A DNA stretch of 64,000 nucleotides, taken from contig QPMI01000136.1 of NCBI GenBank assembly GCA_004431415.1, positions 137,037 to 201,036 on the forward strand, written 5' to 3'. Below, piece by piece: positions 30,750 to 42,000 of the stretch (positions are counted from its first letter, which is position 1; each line of letters begins with the position of its first letter). A program made the position numbers and the translations under genes. Source of the stretch: Cyanophora paradoxa CCMP329. Taxonomy: Eukaryota > Plantae > Glaucophyta. The notes beneath the pieces were generated by a model. That model saw nothing but the letters and a program-made list of their open reading frames with translations, searched no databases and was not told the DNA's origin.

Positions 30750-33378
30750 TGCTGTGCCAAGTCGCGCACGGGGAGCCGCCGCCGCCAGGCCGAGACGCTC
30801 GTCCTAGGAGATAATGTCAGAATAAGGTCAGAGTGGGCGACGGTGGCGCGGTGGGTCTCGTACCGCGACGTGCGGGACGGGGCGCCCGACGCCGCCGCGC
30901 TCCTCAGCACCGTCGAGTCGGTCCGGCGCTTCGACGGGGTCTTCCCCGTCGTGATCCTCGACGAGGGGGCCAAGGCGATCGTGACGGCCGTCCTCTCGGA
31001 GACGCTGGCGCCGGAGGCGCGCCAGATCTAGAACCAGGCCCTGGCGCGCCTGGGGCGCCTCCTGCGCGAGGCCTCCATCCTCCTCGTCTCCGACGCCGAC
31101 CTCTGCCAGCACGACGTCGACTACTACCTCGCCCTGCGCCACCCGGCGCCGGCCGCGCCCGGCGCCGCCCGCGTCGTCTCCTACACCCTGCGCCCCGCCC
31201 CGCGGGGCCCCGCCGCGCGCCGCGAGGCGCTCGCGTACCCCCTGGGGATGGCGGGGACATCGTGGCGGCGCTCCTCCTCGGCGGCCGCCGCGTCGCCGTC
31301 GCCAGCTCGGACCGCCGCACCCTCTTCCGCACGATGGGCGGCCACCCTGTACGTGTACGCCGACGCGCGCGCCGAGGAGCGGGCGCGGGCGCTGGACAAG
31401 GCGCACGTGTGCCGCGAGGTCGACGTCTTCGTCTTCAACTACGCCCTCCACCAGGGCGCCGACTACACCGACCCCGAGCGCCCGTACGACGACCTCGTGC
31501 TCCTCGAGACGGGCCGCGGGGAGCGTCGTGCAGCTCTGGCAGCTTGGCGGCCGCGTCCGCTGCATCCGCAGCGACCGCATCCTCGTCTGCGCCGGCGGCG
31601 TCGGCGGCTCCGAGGGGGAGGAGGAGGAGGGGGAGGAGGACGAGGCGCCGGAGACGGACCCGGAGGCGATCCTGGCCGAGCAGGTGCGGGCCCTGGAAGA
31701 GGCCCACGGGTCGACGGGGACCCTGCGCCACCGCGCGATCCAGGTGGCGCTGCGGGCGCAGTCGCACAAGCTGGCCGTGCTGCGCGCCACGCGCGCGGAC
31801 CCGCTGCTCCCCGGCTCCCCGCCGGCTCGCCGCCGGCTCCCCGGCCTCGGCGTCCTCCTGCCGGGCGGCGCGCCGCCCGAGCGGACGGAGGGGGTGAAGG
31901 AGGAGGCCAAGGCGGCGCAGGCGCGGGCCTTTGAGATCGAGGTCGTGCTGCCGCACGCCGCCGCGCCGCCCCTGCCGGAGGGCCGCCGGAACCGCGTGGG
32001 CGAGGCCCTGCGGGGCGCCGGGGCGCCACCCCGGGCTCCGTCTCCGACGCCAAGCGCCTCGGCTACGGCCTCCACGCCGTCGCGCACGCGTACCGCCTGC
32101 GCGAGGAGGAGGTCGGGCCCCCCGAGCTCCGCCTCGCCCTGCGCTCCAACGATCGGGCCGCCTTTCTCGCGCACGTGAGCACGGCGCACCGGATGCTGGG
32201 GACACGCGGCGGGCGCAACATCCTCCCCAGCGTCGCCGACGAGGCGCACTCGCGGCGGAGCGCCGCCCTCCTCCTCGGCGCCGCCGGCTGGGCGCCGCCC
32301 GTGACGCCGGCCGCCATCCTCTCGCCCTCGCGCCCCTGGACGAGGCAGCCGTGCGGCGCGTCGCCGGCGAGGCGCGCGCGGGCGGCTCCTCGCGGAGCGC
32401 CGGCGCGCCCGCTCCTGGAGGCGGACGAGCTGCTGGCGATGGAGCCGGCGGCGCGCCCCGAGGGGCGCGTGGCCGCCCTCGCCCGCGCGGCCGGCGCCCC
32501 GCCCTCTGGAAGCTCCTCCGCGCCTCGGCCGCCGCCCTGGGGGCCCGCGCGCGCGAGTTCAAGAGCTCCGGCGGGGGTCTCCAAGGCCGGGCCGGGGCCC
32601 TGGACTCGCTGGGCCTGCGGGACGATCGGGCCGAGGCGGCGGCCGCCGGCGGGGCCGACTCGTCGCCCCTCTGGGCGACGGACGCCGAGGCGGCGGCGGC
32701 CTCGGGGGCCTGCGCTGGGGCCGCGCCCAGGCCCGCGAGGCGGCCGACCTCGCCAACCTGTGCGCCCTCGCCGCCCGCTCCTGCCGCCTCGCGTGGGGGG
32801 ACAGCCCGGAGCGGACGGGATCCTGGCGCTGCACCCCGAGGCGTACCTGGGCGAGCGGGCCCGCCGCCGCGGGGGCGGCGCCCCCGGCGACGAGGCCGAG
32901 GCCGCGGACGAGCTCGCCGGGGCCGTCGCGGGGCTCGCGCCGGCCGAGCTCGCCGCCATCGTGCGCGGCGGGTTCGCCGCCGACGCCCGCCTCGACGCCC
33001 TTGCCGCCCGCCTCGCGGCCGAGACGCACAAGGCGCTGGAGGCCCGGGCGCGGCGCGAGGCGGGCCGGGGCGGGCCGACCCCCGCGTCTCCCCTGGTTCC
33101 CGGTTCGTCGCATGGTTCCTGCGCCGCCTGCACGGGGCCCGCTGGGACCCGAGCCGCTGCGTCCCGTCGCCGAGCGCCTGCCGGGCCCCAACGGCGTCGA
33201 GGTGCAGCGGGCGGGGCCCAAGTCGGGGAGGGACCTGTGCGTCGGCTGGGTCGAGGAGCACAGGCGGCCGGCGCTGCACATGAAGAACGCGCGCGTCATG
33301 ACGCGCGGCGAGCGCCTCCGCGGCCTCGCCGTCCCCCTCGCCCTGTTTGCCGAGATGGGGATCGGCGATCAGCCGTAG
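30750..33378 (+). pseudogene. Replication origin-binding protein (herpes UL9 / NCLDV OBP-like SF2 helicase), 5'-truncated and disrupted
   Basis: In order: WVSYRDV, LLSTVESVRRF, Walker B VVILDE (30953-30964), motif III ILLVSDADL, motif V DVFVFNYALHQGADY...YD, motif VI QLGGRVR. In-frame TAG at 31029 and several frameshifts; Walker A not found. Confidence 0.75.
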
Positions 33379-35464
33379 GCGCAGGTCCGTGGGTGGGTAG
33401 GGGGGAGGACCTTGCGAGCGTACCTGTGTATAGCTCTGCTGTGCGATGTCGTGTCGAGGCCTCGATTCCTGTCGAGACAGGCGCGGGGCGGGGAGAGGTA
33501 AGGGGGCGTGAGGAGGGGCGCCGGCGGGCAAGGTGGGGCAGGAGGGGGGGGGGGGGGGGGGGGGGGGAGAAGGAAGGGCATAGGGAAAAGGGGGTGGGAA
33601 GAGAGTGGGGAGGGGGGCGGGAGGCCCTAGGGGGGCGGAGAGGGGAGTGAGGAAAGGGGGAAAGGGGAAGGAGAGGTTGTCGGACCTCGAGCTCGGGCCC
33701 CTACCGCGCGCCTGGCGGGTTTTGGACAGCTTGAGGCGTACCACCCCGCTCCCGTCGTTTCTGCCGGCCGGCGTCGGGCCGGGGGGGCGGTCGAGGGGGG
33801 GAAGAGGGCGCGGGGCGGGCCCTACCGCGCGCCTGGCGGGTTCCGGCCAGCGTGAAGCGTATCCCCTCTCTTCCCGTCCGGCGCAGCTGCAGAGCCTCGT
33901 CGAAAGCGCCTCGTCGGAAAAGGCATCGGACCGGCGGAGCGAGGACACTCGAGAGGCGGCGGGGCGACCTCGCCGGAGCCCGGGCGGTCGCTCCCTGGAC
34001 GGGCCGGACGGGGCCGATCGGCGAGGTCGCCCGGCGCCGCGCCTCGGCTCGCTCGGCCGGCTCGCCGGCCGCCGCCGCGCGGCGCGGGCTGATAAGCAGG
34101 GGGCGCGCGCACGGCCGCGGTCGGCGAGTCTGCGGCGGGCTTTGGGGCGCGGGCAGGGTCGTACCGAGCGCAGAAGCCCCGCGCCTCACGGCAAAATCAA
34201 GCGTGGCATCCGCTCACGCCCCGCGGGCCGCGGGATCTCCGGCGCCGGCGAGGTCGGCGCCTGCAGCGGGTCCGCCGATCAGATCTAGCTATAGATCGTA
34301 CGCCGCGAAGCCCCGAATTGGGGGGGCGCACCGACAGCCTCGATTGCAACCTATGTGCGACCTGCTCCCCGTTCGAGGGCGCGCGACGGGCTGCCTGGGC
34401 GCTAGCCCGACCTGGGTGAAAGGTGCGACCCGCGCGCGGCCGCAGTGCCGTTGCTGCGACCGGATCGGAGCGGCGGCCGGGGCGACCGAGCGGCTCGGGC
34501 GGGCGGAAACCGCAACAATGCGCGCTGCGTGTTGGTCACACCCTACCGGCTGGCGGTGCCGGCGATATAGCTATATAGCTAGCGAGCCGCACGCGAGCCG
34601 CGCGGTCCCGGCGCAATCGGGCCGGCGTGACGAGCTCGAGCCAGCCTCTGCGCCCCGGGACCGCCGCAGGATTCCAGAGGCAGGCAGCCGGCGAGAAAGG
34701 TCGGGCCGCGCACGCGTACCCGCAGTCGCGATCGGCTCCGACCCCGGCCGCGGCCGGGGCCGACCAACCGGACCACTGGATCTGGGCGCAGCAGCCGCAC
34801 GAGCTCGCCGGCGGCTCGAGCGAGCTCCCGAAGCGCCGTGCCGCCTGGTCTCGCTGCGCGGCGGCGCTCGATTGCGCGATTCTATATAGCTAGGCCTGCG
34901 GGCGAGCTCGAGACAGGCAAGGCGGACGACACCAAGGGGCACCTGCCGCATCGGCGACCTCCCCGAGCGTACCGTAGCTCTCCTAGCGCTCCGCAGCCGC
35001 GCCGCGACCGGACACGCTTCCTCGAGCCCTTGCAGTGCTCAGCTCCCGAGCCGCGGAGCGCCGAGGCGCCGATGGAGGTCGGATCGGGTCATCTCGCGGC
35101 TCTAGCGTCTCGCGCGTGGCGGGGCGCGCGTATTGGGCGCCCGCGCCGGTCGACCGCCCTAGGCCTGGCCCCTCGGCCTTCAGATCTGCGGCGCGGCGCG
35201 CGGCGCTCCGAGCTCCGCGAACCGCGGCCGACAGCCTATGCGCGGCGACCGTGGGCGCGAGGTGCGGCGGGCCCCGGCCTTGTTCATTCTTTCCGTGGCG
35301 GGGTGGCAGCGAGCCGAGGCCGGCCGACGGAGCGTGGCAGGAGCGTCTCGCCGTCGGCAGCCCCCCGTGGGCGAGGCCCGCCTTGGTCCGGCGTCTAGTG
35401 TTACCTCGGTGCGCCTTGCGCCTTGCGCCCACGCTTGACCTCGGTGCGGTGTAGGCGGCGTCGA

Positions 35465-35850
35465 GGGCGAGCTGGCCGGATCCCGCCACCCCGCGCGATA
35501 CCAGCCGCTCGAGGTTCGCCCCCGGCCCGCGCGCCACGCCCCGACCTCCAAGTCGGGCGCGGGCGCGTTCAGAGGGGGGGTACGGGGCGAGCTGGCCGGA
35601 TCCCGCCACCCCGCGCGATACCAGCCGCTCGAGGTTCGCCCCCGGCCCGCGCGCCCCGGCCCGTGTTCTAAATCGGGCGCGGGCGCGTTCAGAGGGGGGG
35701 TACGGGGCGAGCTGGCCGGATCCCGCCACCCCGCGCGATACCAGCCGCTCGAGGTTCGCCCCCGGCCCGCGCGCCACGCCCCGAGTTCTAAATCGGGCGC
35801 GGGCGCGTTCAGCGGGGGGGTACGGGGCGAGCTGGCCGGATCCCGCCACC
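35465..35850. repeat. 120-bp tandem repeat, about 3.2 near-identical copies
   Basis: gggcgagctggccggatcccgccacc recurs at 35465, 35585, 35705 and 35825. Confidence 0.95.
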
Positions 35851-36890
35851 TCGAGCAACCCCAGGAGGCGCGCCTTTGCCGCGGGGCGCCATCCCCCCCC
35901 CCCCTCTATCCTCCCCCCCCCCCCCCCCCCCCCCCTCCCCTCCCCTCGCCGTCGAAAATTTCGGCGCCGGCCCGGGCCGGATAAAGGGCACCGGCCCGCC
36001 GGCCCGGCCACTCCTCCGCCGTCCGCCCACGCGACCGCCGACGCTTCCGACATGAACACCGCCGCGCTCCCGCCGCCGCCGCCCCGCCGCCGCCGCGCCC
36101 GAGGCGCCCGCCATCGCGTTCCCGGCGCGACGCGCGCCGGCGGCCGACTCCCGGCGGTCCCGAAGCCGCCGGCGCCGGCGCCGCGCCGTCCCGCCCCCAC
36201 GGATCTCCTGACCCTCCACTTCGAGCGCGCCTCGCCGGCGCTGCTGCCGCCGACGCCGCCGGCCCCCCGGCGTCCGCCCGCGCCCCGCCGGCGCGCCCCC
36301 GCCGCCCCGGCCCCGCCCGCCCCGCTCCGCCGCCGCGGCTCCCGCCGGCGACGTTCAAGCTGGCGCCCTCGGCCGCCGCCGCCGCCGCTGCCAAGGCTCC
36401 GCGGGCCCCGCCGCGGGCCCCCAGCGCCGGCCGGCGTCCCGGCCAAGGCCGAGGCGATCGCACTATATATATATCGATTTTGAAGTGCTTTTTCAGATTT
36501 TGAAGAGTGTATATATCTCGCACTGCGGCACGCGGTCCGCGCCCGCGGCACCGAAATCGATCATCGGATGCCGGGACGACTGCGGGGCACAATCGCCCGC
36601 GCAGCAGCTGCAGCTGCAGCCTATAGCTAGGCCTCCCGGAGCCCACTTCTCGCTCCCCGACGCCGGCCACCCACCGGCCCCTCGCCGGTCCCCGGGCCTT
36701 TGGGCCGCCCCGGGGCCTTTGGTTTCCCCTCCGGATCCTGCCGCAGTGCAGCTGGCGGCGCGTGCACGTGGCGAATTTGAATCCATCTTCTCCGGATTCG
36801 GATCCAGATTTCGAATCCCCTCCGGCGGAATCGCGTTTCTCCAGATTTCCGGCGCGCGCACCGGCCGCGGGCCGGGCCCGTCCGCGGGGC

Positions 36891-38152
36891 ATGGCGTCTC
36901 CGCCCGCCGTGACCGGCTCCGGCGCCGGCTGCCCTCCCCTCGACGCCCGCCCCGCCAAGGTCAGCCTCCCCACGTTTATCAGCCTGTGCCGGGACCCTCT
37001 CCTCTCCTCGCGCCCCGCCTGCGCCCGCTGCAAGTCGGAGCGCATCCTGCCGCCGATCCTCCTCTCCTGCGCGGCCGCCGGCGCCCGCCTCCTGGCCAAG
37101 ACCGGCGCCGCCACCGTCAGCGAGGCCCTCGACGCCCACCCGCGCCCCGCCCCGGGCCCTCGACGACCTCAAGTTCAACTCGACCGGCTTGTTCGTCTGC
37201 CTCAGCTGCGCCCTCACCCTCCTCTCCGTCGCCGCCGAGGGCGGCGCCTCGCCGCCCCTCTTCACCTGCCCCAGCTGCGGCGATCCCCACCCGGCCCCCT
37301 CCGGGCTCGTCTCCAGCTCCCGCATCGACGCCCTCTTCTCCTTTCGACGGGGACCTCTGCCTCCGCACGGGGACCTCTGCCTCCGCACGGCGCTCACGTA
37401 CGCCCTCGAGCGCTTCCAGGCGGCCGCCGCCGAGGCCCGCGCCGCCAGGCAGCCCCCCCACCCCCGCCCCGGCGGCCCCGCGGCTCCGACGGCCCCGCGG
37501 CCTCTGGCTCTCTCGCCCCAACCGCAGGCGCGGGCTCGGGCGCGGGCTCGGGATCCGGATCCGGATCGGGATCGGGATCGGGGCCGTCCGCCCCGCCGGC
37601 GCCGGCGCAGCCCGCGGCGCGGCCGCGGCGGCCCCCTCTCCCCACGCCGCCAGGGCCGCCAAGGCCGCGAAGAAGCGCAAGCTCAAGGCCAAGGGCGCCG
37701 CCTCGGCGGACGAGTCCGAGGGGGCCGATCGCGAGGCCGAGGCTGGGCCCTCGTCGCCCAAGCGCGGGCGGGGCGGAAAGCACAAGACGGGCAAAGAGGC
37801 CGAGGAGCGCGCGCCCACCGACGGCGAGCGCGAGGCCGATTCGGACGATCAGGCGCCGGAGCGAAAGAATACGCTCCGCCTCCCAAGAGCCCCGGCGGCG
37901 CCGCCGGCGAGCCCGAGGCGACGCAGGTCGCGGGCCCTTCGGGCTCGAAGCCGCCTCGGCGGGCGGCGCGGAGCAAGTGGGGGGCGGGGCGCGACCGGCG
38001 CAAGGATCCCGGAGTGGGATTCGGACAAGCTCATCCGCGTCCTCTACAACTTGGCAACGCGTACACGCGCCCCAAGGAGGAAGCCTGAGGCGCCGAGGCG
38101 TTTCAAGCTCCGAGCTCTGTGGGAGCAGCCAGTAAAAGATCTATACAGCTAG
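36891..38152 (+). pseudogene. RING-finger-like protein gene, frameshifted
   Basis: CARC...PILLSC...(frameshift)...VCLSC...FTCPSC spacing is RING-like; 20-bp duplication at 37348-37390; low-complexity tail. Confidence 0.5.
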
Positions 38153-38810
38153 AAGAACGCGTACGGCTGGCTCTCCTCGTTACTACTAAGTTATAGCTAT
38201 AGCCAGCTGTCTGAATACAGATGCGAGTCCTCCTGACCACCACCTTTGGCCTTTTACACCCCAGAATCCTCGTCCTCAGGGGCCCCGGGGCGGGCAGGGA
38301 GGGGTCCGGACGTGCCATCCCCCCCGGGCCCCCCCTCCCCCCCCCCCCCTGCCGGGCGCCCGCGGCCCTGCCGGCCTTTCTCGCCGCCTCCCTCCCGCTT
38401 TTGAGAATTCGAACAGCGCGGCCTGACGGAGCAGGGGGGTGCTCTTTCTGAACCGCTCATGGTCGCCACGGCCCCACCGGCCGCGGGCCACCGTGGCACG
38501 CACTCCGAGGCTCCACTTCGCCAACCTCTTCGCCCCCAATGCCCGGCCCGGCTGCCCGCCGGGGGCCGCCCTCATGATCGGCGAAGTTGGGATCCGGAAC
38601 TCTGGTTTTCAAACTCTCGCGATCGACTGCTTTGTTTATGGGGCCCGCCGGGCCGGGTATCGATATATATGTTGATGATCATGAGCGGAGGCAGGGCATT
38701 GAATCGCGTTTGGAATTTCGCAAATTAACATTGTCAACTGCACATATATACATTTCCTTGTCCTGGACTGTGCGAAAAAAGGGGAGCGCTCTATCTAGAT
38801 CAGCAAAGTA

Positions 38811-38997
38811 AAAGAACTCCATTTACAGCAAGTCACAAACGATTCACTTCGCTTGAACCCTGTAAACAGCTGCCATATGCATAATTTTAAATTAGAATAT
38901 TCTAATAAAGAACTCCATTTACAGCAAGTCACAATCGATTCACTTCGCTTGTACCCTGTAAACAGCCGCCATAATTATAAATTAGAATATTCTCATA
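38811..38997. repeat. ~95-bp tandem duplication immediately 3' of the giant gene's stop codon
   Basis: aagaactccatttacagcaagtcacaa...aattagaatattct occurs twice. Confidence 0.9.
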
Positions 38998-39000
38998 GCC

Positions 39001-42000
39001 TCAAATAAGTTGGGCCGTGGGCACGTAGTCTTCGTCGCCGGGCCCATGAACGCTGACGAACTCGGGCTGTGCTACGTGCGAATCGAGGGGCGCGTCGATC
39101 GACGCCGACTCTCGTTGCGCGAGCGCGAAGGAGTCCGGCGGCTGCTGGGTAGGGGTCTCCAGCGGTGGCACGTCCAAGTCGCTGCGGACCGGAATGCCCG
39201 GCAGCTGCGAGGGCGTGGGCACGTCCGTCGCGTCGCGCGCTGGCGCCGGATTCGAAGGGCGATCGCGAGCCGCTTCCTCCTGCGACTGAGGCGACTGCGC
39301 ACGCACGGTGTGGCTGGTACTGCCGCGGCTGGAGACCGCCGCGGGGCGCGGCTCCTCGCGGTCGCGTGTGAGGGCCAGATAGGTCGCCTGGCTCTGCTCA
39401 AAGCTGGCTGCTCCGGATCCTGCAGGTAGCGCTGCCGGTTGCGGCATCTCCGCAACCCTGGCGCTGCCGCGCCGGTCGTTCGCCCTGCGTTTAACGACGA
39501 GCGCTATCGCCGCAAGGGCCCCAGCGATTGCGACGCCTGCAATCACGCCGATCGTAATGCCGGCAATCTGCCCCCCCGAGAGGCCCGACCCCGAGGACCC
39601 CGACCCCGGGGCCGCAGGCGTCATGGGTTGTATGCCCGTTTTGACGGAGTTGGACGTGCACTGCGGCCTGGCGCCCGCCGGACCGGTCGGGAGCGCGATT
39701 GTGTACGACGCTCCACAGAACGAGCCTGCGAACATAATTAATTGCATTCTGAACGAGCAAGCGCATATGCAACAGATAGCGGACTGTTGCGGGAGAAACC
39801 CGAGCCGGAGCCGAGGATGTCCGAGGAGCCGCGGTAGGTGCCGGCGACGTCGACCGACGGGCCGGAGGTGATGTCGAGCTGCAGGGCGTGCCGGCGCGTG
39901 CCGTTGACGCTGCTGACGGCGTCGGCGAAGGCGGAGCGGCCGGCGAAGAGGACGCCGTTGATGTTGACGGCCGGGTCGAGCTCGCGCAGGAAGTTGTAGA
40001 GCGCCAGCGCCCAGAGGTCGTCGCGGGCGGTGGCGTCGAGCGAGTCGTAGTTCTCGGAGCGCCACGCCGCGAACGAGCCGAGCTTGTTCTCCACGCGGAC
40101 CGTGAAGTTCAGGCTGGACGCGTTGGCGGGGACGGGTGGCGCCGCGCTCCGCAGCCCCGCCACGACCGCCGAGACGTAGGGCATCACGCCGGCAAAGCCG
40201 CCGCCGATCGAGCGGACGGTGCCCCCGGTGAGATTGGAACCGTTCGACAGGGCGAGCGTGAGGCCGCCGTTCAGAGAGACGTGCACGAGCGCGCGGGCGA
40301 TCGCCTCGGACCCCGTCGCGTTCGGTGCGACGACGAAGCCGCCCCCGGTGGCGGGGACCGCGCGAAGTGCGCCGAACACATTAAAGTTCAGGAGGATGGC
40401 GCCCGCGTCAGAGCTCGAGCTGACAAAGGCAACCTACGCAGCCCGAGTCACAGCCGCGTCAGCCACTGAACGCGAATTTCACATGCACCAATGCCGCGAA
40501 CCTGAATTTCGATGCTCTTGGCGAGATCGGCAGAGAACGATGTGCCGTTGGTGGCGTTGCGCAGGGCCCAGAACAGGGCGCGGACGAGGCGCGCGTTGCC
40601 GAAGGGGGAGGGCGACACGGGGAAGAGAGCCTGGAGCGCGCCGAGGGTGACCGCCTGCCGCGGGAACGAGAGGACGACGGGGAGGGCGCTGCCGGCGGTG
40701 TCTCGGAACCCTCCAAGCCCGGGCACGCCAGGCTGCGAAATTCGTCAGCGAGCTGCGAAACAAACTAAAGCTTCTTGCGAAATTTTGCGGTGACGCACCG
40801 AGGTGACGCGCTGGCCGTTGAGGGTCCGCGGGGCGCCGCCGGAGAGGAGCGGGTCGGCGGTGGAGAGGTCGAGCCCGCTGAGGAGCGCGTCGGCGTAGAC
40901 GAAGTCGCGGAGCGCGGTCGACGACGGGCGGTTCGACCCGGGCGCCGGGTTGGCGACGCCGAAGAACCTGAGACGCGATCGCGACGTCAATGGCGGAACA
41001 AATCGTCTTCGGACAGCGACTGCGCACGAGAAAGTGATCTGGAGGCCGTCGATGGAGCCGGCAGCCGAGGAGGCGACGGCACCCGGCTCGACGGCAAGCT
41101 GCAGGGCCTGGTCGAAGGCCGCGATCTCGGAGGCCGCCGATCCAACGGCGGCCGCGCGGGCCCGGATGCGCGCAGCAAGCGCGGCGACGAGGCGGGCGGG
41201 GTCCGCCCCGGGGCCGGCGGTGAAGAGCGACGCGGCCGAGGCGTTGCCGGCGCCGGGGTACATCTCGAAGGCGACGCCGAGGGTGGCGCGGGAGGTGAGG
41301 TTGCGGGACTCGGGGCGCGCGCGGACGACGTGGGCGATGTCGTGGAACACGGCGGTTGCACTCGCCGGGACCACGTTCGCCTCGGCCGACGCGTATCGCC
41401 CGTCGACCCCGCGGACGGCAATGGCGCCGGGTGTCGTCTCCGTCCAGGCGGAGGTCGATAGGTTGAAGCGCGAGAGCGAAACTGCGCGAAAACAACCGTC
41501 GGCGCGAAATTCGCAAGAGCGCTCGAGCTCGAGACGCCGCCAGCGAGCGTACCTCGCTCAGACATGAAGTCGAACAAAGCTGACGGGGGCACGAGGCCGG
41601 CGAACGAGAGGGGCTCCGACAGGCCGGCGATCGGGAGGCTCTCGCAGCGCGCGCCGCAGCCGGCCCTGTACACGGCGAGCTGGACCACGTCGCTGGCAAA
41701 GCGCTCGGCGCCGCCGTACAGGGCGGCGGGCAAGCGCAGGGCGACAACGCTGAGGGTTCTGTCGGCTGTTGCGTTGATGCTCCCGAGGACGGAGAGCGCG
41801 AAGCTCTCGGCAAACCCGACGCGCGCGTCAAACCCGCTGAAGGCGACCGTCTGTGCAGGGTAGTTGACGGTCTGGGAGGCGCAGAGCTGGAGCGGGAGGA
41901 GCTCAGCATCCTTGCGCGACGCGGTCGGCGAAGCGAAGGCCGCGACGGGCGAGGTCCAGTTGCCGCGGGTCGCTGCGCAGGTGCCGCACTCGAGAGAGCG

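Noticed and set aside
33400-36480. Long Arg/Gly/Pro ORFs on both strands
   Set aside because: GC-bias ORFs with no motif or consistent codon periodicity.
17570-38320. Weak inverted similarity between 17570-17615 and 38275-38320 as termini of the large element
   Set aside because: Only short G/C-run matches, expected by chance at this GC content; no TSD.
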